Assembly: GCA_036351155.1 (NCBI GenBank) | Contig: JAZBOO010000319.1 | Coordinates: 1 to 35,053 of the forward strand | Direction: 5' to 3' | DNA from: Candidatus Krumholzibacteriia bacterium | GTDB lineage: Bacteria > Krumholzibacteriota > Krumholzibacteriia > LZORAL124-64-63 | Length of the DNA: 35,053 nucleotides | In this document: one piece after another, positions 17,417 to 25,007 of the stretch | Layout: each line of letters begins with the position of its first letter | Numbering within the stretch: the stretch's first letter is position 1 | Notes under the pieces: generated by a model | The model's database searches: none | What the model saw: only the letters and a program-made list of their open reading frames with translations | Told to the model about the DNA's origin: nothing | Made by a program: the position numbers and the translations under genes

Positions 17417-17441
17417 AGCCTGCACGCAAGGAGATATTGAG

Positions 17442-17684
17442 ATGCACGACGGATGCACCGGCCCCACCGGCGACGGCCAGATGGTGGTCAACAAGGTCCG
17501 GCTGATGGGCTTTCACCGGCAGCCCCTGCCGCTGACCCTGGAAATCCCCTGCCGCAATTGCGGGAAAACCTTCGCCATGACCCACTTCGAGACGGCCTGT
17601 CCCGAATGCGACATGGTGCATGGCGTGACGCCCTGCAGCGCGGGCAACCCTGACGCCGTGAAAGCCGCGGGCATCGGGTACTAG
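17442..17684 (+). CDS. Small Cys-rich metal-binding protein ('MHDGC...' type, 80 aa)
   Basis: AAGGAG RBS; MHDGC N-terminus, CRNC and CPEC pairs, 'VTPC'; six Cys. Confidence 0.8.
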   Translation: MHDGCTGPTGDGQMVVNKVRLMGFHRQPLPLTLEIPCRNCGKTFAMTHFETACPECDMVHGVTPCSAGNPDAVKAAGIGY

Positions 17685-17793
17685 CCCGGACTGGTGAGGA
17701 CACAAGTTATGGTTCCCCGGGAAGGCGATTGCCGCTAACCTTGCCAGGATCTGTTGTCTTACCCTTCATCTGACCCGAAGGACCCGCGTCATC

Positions 17794-18927
17794 ATGCGTT
17801 CTGCTTTCCCTGCGGCGGGAACCCTGGCCGTGCTGGTGGCTCTGCTGGCGACCAGCACGGCCCTGGCCTTCCCCACCCCCAGAGACACCGGCCTGTTCCG
17901 TACCTACGCCTGTGGACCCGCCACCTCGGCGGTGACAATCGACGGCCGGCTGGATGATCCCGCCTGGAGCGAGGCGCCCTGGACCGAAGATTTCGTCGAC
18001 ATCCAGGGACTCACCCTGCCCGCCCCCCGGCTGCGCACCCGCGCCAAGATGCTCTGGGACGCCGACCACTTCTACGTGGCCGCCCGCCTGGGTGAGCCCC
18101 ATGTCTGGGGCAAGCTCACCGAGCGCGACGCCGTCATCTATCACGACAACGATTTCGAGGTCTTCATTGATCCCGACGGGGACAACCACCTTTACTACGA
18201 ACTGGAGATCAATGCCCTGGGCACCGAGTGGGATCTGCTGCTGGTCAAGCCGTATCGGGATGGGGCTCCGGCGGTCAATGCCTGGGATATCCAGGGCCTG
18301 AAATCCGCGGTGCACATCGAAGGCACCCTGAATGATCCTTCGGATCTGGACCAGGGCTGGACCGTGGAGATCGCCATTCCCTGGGAAGTGCTGGGACAAT
18401 GTGCGGGCCGGCCGGCACCCCCGGTGGCGGGCGACATCTGGCGGGTCAATTTTTCCCGTGTGCAGTGGCGCACGCGTATCGACCAGGGGCAATACCTCAA
18501 GCTGACCGACGAACAAACGGGAAAGAACCTGCCCGAGGACAACTGGGTGTGGTCGCCGCAGGGACTCATCGCCATGCACTACCCCGAGCAGTGGGGAGAA
18601 GTCCTGTTTGTGGGGCCCGATTTTGACGGCAATCTGGCCCGCGCCCTGAGCAACAACGCGGAGCACCTGGCCATCCAGACCGGCCGGATTCTCATGGATC
18701 TTTACTATCAGCAGCGCCAGTTCCACGAGGACCACGGAAGGTTCGCCGCTGATCTGGCCGAGCTGGATTTCGCTCCCGCCGGTCTGGGCAAGGCCTGGAG
18801 CTTGACCATGCAAGCCAGGGCCGACCGATTCGCCGCCCAGCTGGTTACGCCCGATTTCACCATCACCGTGGACGAAGAAGGTCAGCTGGTGCGCACCCCC
18901 CTGACCGGCCGGAAGGAGCAGCCATGA
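17794..18927 (+). CDS. Carbohydrate-binding family 9-like secreted protein
   Basis: Signal peptide; 'IDGRLDDPAW', 'TRAKMLWD', 'DNDFEVFIDPDGD', 'YELEINA', 'WTVEIAIPW', 'WRVNFSRVQW', 'WVWSPQG..MHYPEQWG'. Confidence 0.88.
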   Translation: MRSAFPAAGTLAVLVALLATSTALAFPTPRDTGLFRTYACGPATSAVTIDGRLDDPAWSEAPWTEDFVDIQGLTLPAPRLRTRAKMLWDADHFYVAARLGEPHVWGKLTERDAVIYHDNDFEVFIDPDGDNHLYYELEINALGTEWDLLLVKPYRDGAPAVNAWDIQGLKSAVHIEGTLNDPSDLDQGWTVEIAIPWEVLGQCAGRPAPPVAGDIWRVNFSRVQWRTRIDQGQYLKLTDEQTGKNLPEDNWVWSPQGLIAMHYPEQWGEVLFVGPDFDGNLARALSNNAEHLAIQTGRILMDLYYQQRQFHEDHGRFAADLAELDFAPAGLGKAWSLTMQARADRFAAQLVTPDFTITVDEEGQLVRTPLTGRKEQP

Positions 18928-19919
18928 GCCTGCGTCGCGCGGGCCTGGAGCCCCTGATCACCCGCGAGCACCTCGCCGACCTCGCGCCCGAGATCGTCGA
19001 TCCCTCCAGCGTGTTCAATCCGGGGGCCGTGCGGGCGGGCCAGACCGACATCCTCCTGTTGCGGGTCCAGACTCGCGGGCGGCGCACGTTCACTGTTCCA
19101 GCAGTGGTCAACGAAGCCCAGAAGGTGACCGTGGCCCCCCGCCCCACCCACTTCGACTGGCAGGGACAGGAACCGGCAGGCCCCATCTTCCACATCTACG
19201 ATGCGCGCATCACCAGGATCGACGGTCAACTTTTCGTGGTCACCGCGGTCGATCTGGAGGGCGGTTGCCGGCTGGCCATCTGGCGTGCCACCGGTGTCCC
19301 CGACCACCCCTTCGCGGGCCTGGACCAGCTGCTTTTCTGCGGCTGGTCGGCCCACCCGGACACGCGCAACGGGGTGCTTTTCCCGGAGAAGATCCACGGC
19401 CGGTACGCCATGCTCGAAAGGCCCAACCTGGTGGCCATCCCGGGAGCCCCCCCCACCGGCAGCGCCATCGTGCTGTCGATGTCGGACGACCTGGTGTCCT
19501 GGGAAGATCAGGGCCCCGTCATGGAGGGGCACTTCCACTACTGGGACGAGCTGGTGGGCTCGGGCCCACCCCCCCTGAAAACGCGGCACGGCTGGCTGCA
19601 CCTGTACCATGGCGTGGCCACCCATTTCCAGGCGGCGAACATCTATCAAGTGGGGGCCGTGTTGCTGGATCTGGACGATCCCCGCCGGGTGATCGCCCGC
19701 ACCCGAGATAATCTGCTGGAGCCCCGCCTGCCCTGGGAACTCACCGGCCAGGTGCCCAACGTGGTGTTCCCCGGCGGCCTGACCGTCGACAGCGTCGACG
19801 CCCAGGGCTTCGCCCCTGACACAGCTGCCGTGAGGGTCTACTATGGGGCCGCCGATACGGCCGTCGGTCTGGCCACGGCCACCCTCGCCGACCTGATTTC
19901 CGCCTGCAAAGAGAGTTGA
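18924..19919 (+). CDS. Glycoside hydrolase family 130 protein (beta-mannoside phosphorylase-like)
   Basis: 'VFNPGA', 'YDARIT', 'RNGVLFPEKIHGRYAMLERP', 'GPPPLKTRHGWLHLYHGV', 'LLDLDDP', 'GQVPNVVFP', 'YYGAADT'; ATGA overlap with the upstream gene. Confidence 0.92.
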   Translation: MSLRRAGLEPLITREHLADLAPEIVDPSSVFNPGAVRAGQTDILLLRVQTRGRRTFTVPAVVNEAQKVTVAPRPTHFDWQGQEPAGPIFHIYDARITRIDGQLFVVTAVDLEGGCRLAIWRATGVPDHPFAGLDQLLFCGWSAHPDTRNGVLFPEKIHGRYAMLERPNLVAIPGAPPTGSAIVLSMSDDLVSWEDQGPVMEGHFHYWDELVGSGPPPLKTRHGWLHLYHGVATHFQAANIYQVGAVLLDLDDPRRVIARTRDNLLEPRLPWELTGQVPNVVFPGGLTVDSVDAQGFAPDTAAVRVYYGAADTAVGLATATLADLISACKES

Positions 19920-19922
19920 ACC

Positions 19923-22724
19923 GTGAATCGCCACGCCTACATCGTTTCGCACACCCACTGGGATCGCGAGTGGTACCAGACTTTTCATCGCTTCCAGGTG
20001 CAGCTGGTCGAAACCGTTCGGCAGGTTCTGGATAGTCTGGAAAACGACCCGCATTTCAAGCATTTCATCCTCGATGGACAGGCCTGCTTGCTCGAAGATT
20101 TCATTCAGGCCGCACCCGAAGAGGAGAAGCGCCTGCGCAAGCTGGTGTCCAGTGGAGCCCTGGGCGTCGGGCCCTGGTACATCCTGCCCGACGAGTTTCT
20201 GGTGTCAGGCGAGGCCACGGTGCGCAACCTCATATACGGGAGGATCACCTGCCGGCGCTGGGGCCGTGCCCAGCGGGTGGGATACATGCCCGATTCGTTC
20301 GGCCACATCGCCCAGATGCCCCAGCTGCTGAGGCTGGCGGGCATCGACTCCTTCATCTTCACCCGCGGCCTGGGCAACGAGGCCGAGCACCTGGGCTGGC
20401 TGTTCCAGTGGGGTGCCCCCGACACCACCGAGGTGCTGGCAGTCAACCAGTGCGAGGGGTACTGCAATGCGGGAGCCCTGGGCCACGAGGAGCTGTGGCA
20501 CGCCCACACGCGGCGTGAAACGGATCCCGAACGCGCCGTGGAGAAGGTGGAGGCCCTGCTGGCCAGGATGGATGCCCGACCCGGGCACGACCCCATCCTG
20601 CTGAGCAACGGCTGCGATCACTTCCCTGCTCAGCGGAACCTTGGCGAGATGATGGCCGCGCTGCGCCGCAAACGGCCCGACATCGTATTCGAGCAGACGC
20701 GCTTCGAGGACTTCCTGAAGGCGGTGCGCAACTCCTGCCATGATGATGATCGCCCCCAGTGGGTGGGAGAAATGCTTGGTGGGCGCGACCACCCCATCCT
20801 GTCGGGTGTGTGGTCGACGCGCATGTATCTCAAGCAGCAGAACGAGATCTGCCAGAACCTCCTGACCCGGCAGGTCGAGCCGCTCTGTGCGGCGGCGCAC
20901 TTCACCGCCGGTGAGCGGTGGCCCGGCGGATTGCTGGATCAGGCTTGGCGGCAGCTTCTGCGCAACCATCCCCACGACTCCATTTGCGGCTGCAGCACCG
21001 ATGCCGTGCACCAGGACATGGAAACCCGCTTCGCGGCGGTGATCCAGACCGGCGAGCAGGTGCTGTCCCGGTTGATGGATCGATTGAGCCCGGCCTTCGG
21101 AGCACAGCCTGCCGACGACCTGGACACCGTGATCACCGTCGCCAACCCCTTGCCGGTGGTCCGAGAGGAGGTGGTCGAGCGGTTGATTGTTCTGCCCCTG
21201 GTGGGGCTCGATCTGGACCGTCTGCAACTGCTGGACGACCAGGATCGCCCCGTGCCTTTCCGGATTCTCGAGACCCACTATCTGGAGCGGTTCTGGGGCA
21301 TCGACTACCGGTCCGAACTTTTCGCCCACGATCAGCTGGACCTCCTGGACACCTACTTGCATCGGTTTGGCGATCGCATTGTGGGCCATCGCGACAGCGG
21401 TCCTTCCCACGACGCGTTCCTGCTGGTCCAGTTCCTGGCCAGGGACTTGCCCGCGGTGGGTCACCGGCAGTACCGGGTGGTCGATCAGGCTGGGCCAGCC
21501 CGGGGCACCGCGGCCATTTTCTCCCCGGTCACCGCGCGGCGGACGGGCGATGACGCTCTGCTCGAGAACCAGCACCTCAAAGTTCTGCTGCACGCCGACG
21601 GCACCTTCGACCTGACCGACAAGGCCACCGGGATGCAGTATCCCGGCCTCAACCTGCTGGAGGACACCGAGGACCGCGGTGACGAGTACGACTACTGTCC
21701 GGCCGAGACCAGTCTCACGGTTTTCTCGGCAGGTGCCCCCGGCAAGGTGCGCCTGACCAGCTGCTCCGACCTGTCGGTCAGCGCCGAGGCGGCATTCCGT
21801 TTCGACCTGCCCCGCTCCCTGGAAAAAGACCGCCGGTCGCGCTTCCCCCGGACCACCCCGTGCGACACGGTGGTTCGGCTGGTGCTGCGCACGGGCAGTC
21901 GCCGCCTGGAGGTGGAAACCTCGTTCAACAACCGTGCCTTCGATCACCGCTTGCGCGCCTGGTTTCCCACCGGCGTGAAAACCGACCAGGTGGTGAGCGA
22001 CGGTCATTTCCTGTTGAATCGACGGCCACTGGAGCGCACCGGCGGCCCCGACTGGGTCCAGCCTGCTCCTTTGACCTGGCCGCAGCAGGACTGGAGCGCC
22101 CTGCAGGATGAACAGGGAGGCCTGGCCATCTTCAACCGCGGGCTGCCCGAATTTCAGACCTGGTCCGACCCGCACAGCGGCGCTGTTTTTGCGCTCACCC
22201 TGCTGCGCTGCGTGGACTGGCTGTCGCGGGACGATCTGCCCACCCGCAACAACATCAACGCCGGCCCCACCCTGCACACGCCGGGGGCCCAGTGTATCGG
22301 GCGTCAGGTCTTCCGCTACGCCCTCGCCCCCTTCCAGGGCAATGTCCTGGAGGCCGATCTCCCTGGGGAAAGCAACCGCTACCGCGTCGGTTGCCCGACC
22401 CATCACGGGGTGCGCAATCTGGCCCGACCCGGTGGCCGCTCTTTCCTGCGCAAGACCGATCCCCGGGTACAGATCACCGCCATCAAAAGGTCCGACAGCG
22501 GCGACCACCTGGTGCTGCGCCTGGCCAATCTGTCGGGGGATGAGGTGAGTGAAATCCTGGAGTTCGGCCAGATGGTCGTGGACGCCGAAAAGACCAGCTT
22601 CCTGGACGGTCCCCTGGATATCGAAAACGAAGAGGTGTTCGTTTCCGACGGCGGCGAGAAGATCAAGGTGCCGCTGGATCCCTACGAGATCGCCAATCTG
22701 ATCGTGGAACTGGACAAGGGGTAG
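19923..22724 (+). CDS. Alpha-mannosidase (GH38), no signal peptide
   Basis: 'SHTHWDREWY', 'LDGQ', 'GPWYILPDEFLVSGEATVRNL', 'YMPDSFGH', 'HPHDSICGCS', 'DHRLRAWFP', 'LTLLRCV'; GTG start. Confidence 0.95.
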   Translation: MNRHAYIVSHTHWDREWYQTFHRFQVQLVETVRQVLDSLENDPHFKHFILDGQACLLEDFIQAAPEEEKRLRKLVSSGALGVGPWYILPDEFLVSGEATVRNLIYGRITCRRWGRAQRVGYMPDSFGHIAQMPQLLRLAGIDSFIFTRGLGNEAEHLGWLFQWGAPDTTEVLAVNQCEGYCNAGALGHEELWHAHTRRETDPERAVEKVEALLARMDARPGHDPILLSNGCDHFPAQRNLGEMMAALRRKRPDIVFEQTRFEDFLKAVRNSCHDDDRPQWVGEMLGGRDHPILSGVWSTRMYLKQQNEICQNLLTRQVEPLCAAAHFTAGERWPGGLLDQAWRQLLRNHPHDSICGCSTDAVHQDMETRFAAVIQTGEQVLSRLMDRLSPAFGAQPADDLDTVITVANPLPVVREEVVERLIVLPLVGLDLDRLQLLDDQDRPVPFRILETHYLERFWGIDYRSELFAHDQLDLLDTYLHRFGDRIVGHRDSGPSHDAFLLVQFLARDLPAVGHRQYRVVDQAGPARGTAAIFSPVTARRTGDDALLENQHLKVLLHADGTFDLTDKATGMQYPGLNLLEDTEDRGDEYDYCPAETSLTVFSAGAPGKVRLTSCSDLSVSAEAAFRFDLPRSLEKDRRSRFPRTTPCDTVVRLVLRTGSRRLEVETSFNNRAFDHRLRAWFPTGVKTDQVVSDGHFLLNRRPLERTGGPDWVQPAPLTWPQQDWSALQDEQGGLAIFNRGLPEFQTWSDPHSGAVFALTLLRCVDWLSRDDLPTRNNINAGPTLHTPGAQCIGRQVFRYALAPFQGNVLEADLPGESNRYRVGCPTHHGVRNLARPGGRSFLRKTDPRVQITAIKRSDSGDHLVLRLANLSGDEVSEILEFGQMVVDAEKTSFLDGPLDIENEEVFVSDGGEKIKVPLDPYEIANLIVELDKG

Positions 22725-22727
22725 AAA

Positions 22728-23759
22728 ATGACTTCACGCCGGGAATTTTTGCTGAGCGCCGGAGCTGGGGTGGCCGGCATGGCCGCCCTGGGAACCAGCA
22801 GCCTCAGCCTGGGCCAGGACCCGCCGCCACCCGCGCGCCGCCCTCTGGTGGTCAGCACCTGGAACTTCGGCATCCAGGCCAATGCCGAAGCCTGGAAAAC
22901 CCTGGCCGCCGGGGGCCGGGCCGTGGACGCGGTGGAACAAGGCGTCATGGTGATCGAAGGCGACCCCGAGATTTCCTCGGTGGGCTATGGCGGCCTGCCC
23001 GACCGCGACGGTCATGTCACCCTGGACGCCTGCATCATGGACGAGACCGGCAATGCCGGGTCGGTCTGCTTCCTCGAGGGGTTCAAGCACCCGGTGGCGG
23101 TGGCGCGTCGGGTCATGGACCGGACACCGCACGTCATGCTGGCCGGGGAAGGCGCCCGGCAATTCGCCCTCGAGCAGGGGTTCCCCGAGGAGGACCTGCT
23201 GACGGATTCAGCCCGGGCCAGATGGCAGGAATGGCTCCGCGAAGAAAATTATCAGCCCTGGTCGCCCTTGCATGATCCTTCAGGCCAGGATCCGCGCCGC
23301 GGAAAACCCAACCCCGACCACGACACCATCGGGATGCTGGCGCTGGATCGCGCGGGCCACCTGGCCGGCAGCTGCACCACCAGCGGCCTGGCCTTCAAGA
23401 TGCATGGCCGGGTGGGCGATTCCCCGGTCATCGGAGCCTCCCTGTTCGTGGACAATGCGGTGGGAGCAGCCTGCGCCACCGGGGTGGGCGAAGAGGTCCT
23501 GAAAACCCTGGGCAGCTTCCTGGTCGTGGAGCTCATGCGCCAGGGCGCCACCCCGCAGCAGGCCTGCGAGGAGGCCGTGGCGCGTATCGTGGCGCGGAAT
23601 CCTGAAGTCACTGCAGACTCGACTTTCCAGGTGGGATACCTGGCCCTGGATCGCTTCGGTCGCGTGGGGGCGTTTGCCGTCACACCCTGGTTTCAGTACG
23701 CCATTCATGATGGCAAAGAGAACCGGCTGGTGGACGGGCCATTTTTTTTTCAGGGTTAA
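22728..23759 (+). CDS. N(4)-(beta-N-acetylglucosaminyl)-L-asparaginase (glycosylasparaginase, Ntn hydrolase), Tat-exported
   Basis: Twin-arginine 'SRREFL'; 'VVSTW', 'SVGYGGLPDRDG..TLDACIMD', autoprocessing 'HD/TIGM', 'GRVGDSP', 'ATGVGE'. Confidence 0.93.
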   Translation: MTSRREFLLSAGAGVAGMAALGTSSLSLGQDPPPPARRPLVVSTWNFGIQANAEAWKTLAAGGRAVDAVEQGVMVIEGDPEISSVGYGGLPDRDGHVTLDACIMDETGNAGSVCFLEGFKHPVAVARRVMDRTPHVMLAGEGARQFALEQGFPEEDLLTDSARARWQEWLREENYQPWSPLHDPSGQDPRRGKPNPDHDTIGMLALDRAGHLAGSCTTSGLAFKMHGRVGDSPVIGASLFVDNAVGAACATGVGEEVLKTLGSFLVVELMRQGATPQQACEEAVARIVARNPEVTADSTFQVGYLALDRFGRVGAFAVTPWFQYAIHDGKENRLVDGPFFFQG

Positions 23760-23803
23760 TTCAGCTTAAAATAACAACTTATCTTCGCCTTCACTTGAAA
23801 AAC

Positions 23804-23853
23804 GAATAAAAGGCGAACATTGCCTTGCTTGTTCGGTTTCTGTTCGCTATTCT
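23804..23853 (+). promoter_or_regulatory. Sigma-70 promoter with two LexA-type (GTTC-N7-GTTC) boxes
   Basis: GAAT-N7-GAAC (23804-23818) and GTTC-N7-GTTC (23831-23845); the second lies between TTGCTT (23825-23830) and TATTCT (23848-23853), 17-nt spacing; downstream genes relate to DNA repair. Confidence 0.7.
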
Positions 23854-23890
23854 GTCGTGACCAGATTCCTCCCTTCTGAAAGGAATACCC

Positions 23891-24217
23891 ATGGTCATGA
23901 CCAACCGGACATTCACGGATCACTCCTCCCGCACTGCCCCTACCCCTCTCCCCGCAGTCAGGCCAGGCATTCCCGGGGCCTTGCGCGAGTGGATCCTGGG
24001 CCGCGACAGCTACCGGTGTCGAGCTCCCGGTTGTGGTCGGGCCGAGGGCGTTGAGGTGCATCTGGTGGACCACAACGCACCCGGCGGACACATCAATCCC
24101 GCCAACCTCATCACCATTTGCCCGGTTTGCCGGCCCTTGTGGGATCTCATGGGGCGTGGCACTTTCCAGACCACCGCCCATGATATGGTGGAGATGTCCG
24201 TGGCCACGTCAGCCTGA
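23891..24217 (+). CDS. HNH-fold zinc-binding protein, apparently catalytically degenerate
   Basis: GAAAGGA RBS; 'LREWILGRDSYRCRAPGCG...EVHLV...GG..NPANLITICPVCR' follows the HNH/McrA pattern. Confidence 0.75.
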   Translation: MVMTNRTFTDHSSRTAPTPLPAVRPGIPGALREWILGRDSYRCRAPGCGRAEGVEVHLVDHNAPGGHINPANLITICPVCRPLWDLMGRGTFQTTAHDMVEMSVATSA

Positions 24218-24227
24218 AGGAATTGAA

Positions 24228-24932
24228 ATGACATTGATCGAAATCCACCGTGAAATGAAGCGGCTGGCCGACCCGGCCATTGCCGAGCATTCCCAGCGCT
24301 TTTTCAAGACGGGACCCGGTCAGTATGGCGAAGGAGATCGGTTCCTGGGCATCCGTGTGCCCAGGGTCCGGCAGGTGGCCAAGCAGGCGCAGGATCTGCC
24401 CCTCGACCAGGTTGCCGAGCTTTTGCACAGTCCCTGGCACGAGGAACGTCTGCTGGCGGTGATCATTCTCACCCTGCAGTTCAAGCGCGGAGGTCCCGGC
24501 CAGCAGAAAAAGATTTTCGACCTCTATCTGGCCAGCACCGCGTGGATCAACAACTGGGATCTGGTGGATGTGTCGGCGCACCTGGTGGTCGGCCCCTGGT
24601 TGCAGGACAGGCCCCGGAAATTGTTGCGTCAGCTGGCCACCAGCGAAAGCCTCTGGGAACGGCGGATCTCCATGATGGCCACCTATCACTTCATCAGGCA
24701 GGACGATTTCGCGGATACCCTGGCCATCGCCGAGATCCTGCTCGAGGACTCCCACGACCTCATTCACAAGATCGTCGGCTGGATGTTGAGGGAAATCGGC
24801 AAGCGGGACCAGTCGGTCGAGGAGGAGTTTTTGCAGGAGCATTACCGGACCATGCCGCGCACCATGTTGCGCTATGCGATCGAGAAGTTCGAGGAGGGTT
24901 TGCGGCAAAGGTACCTGAAGGGGGAAATCTGA
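24228..24932 (+). CDS. DNA alkylation repair protein (AlkD-like HEAT-repeat family)
   Basis: 'FFKTGPGQYGEGDRFLGIRVP', 'HEERLLA', 'INNWDLVD', 'LWERR', 'HKIVGWMLREIGKR', 'MPRTMLRYAIEK'; ATG 24228 after GAAGGA. Confidence 0.92.
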   Translation: MTLIEIHREMKRLADPAIAEHSQRFFKTGPGQYGEGDRFLGIRVPRVRQVAKQAQDLPLDQVAELLHSPWHEERLLAVIILTLQFKRGGPGQQKKIFDLYLASTAWINNWDLVDVSAHLVVGPWLQDRPRKLLRQLATSESLWERRISMMATYHFIRQDDFADTLAIAEILLEDSHDLIHKIVGWMLREIGKRDQSVEEEFLQEHYRTMPRTMLRYAIEKFEEGLRQRYLKGEI

Positions 24933-25007
24933 AGAAAACAACCCCATCATGGTGTATGCTGATGGCCATGATATCCAAAGGGGCCATTCACCTAAAGGGA
25001 GCCAGCC

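Noticed and set aside
23742..23750. T9 homopolymer as a phase-variation tract
   Set aside because: It lies in the last five codons of the glycosylasparaginase, so slippage would barely change the protein.
23891..24217. HNH gene as a homing endonuclease, mobile element or defence nuclease
   Set aside because: No intron, IS ends, methylase or defence partners nearby, and the catalytic histidines appear to be missing.
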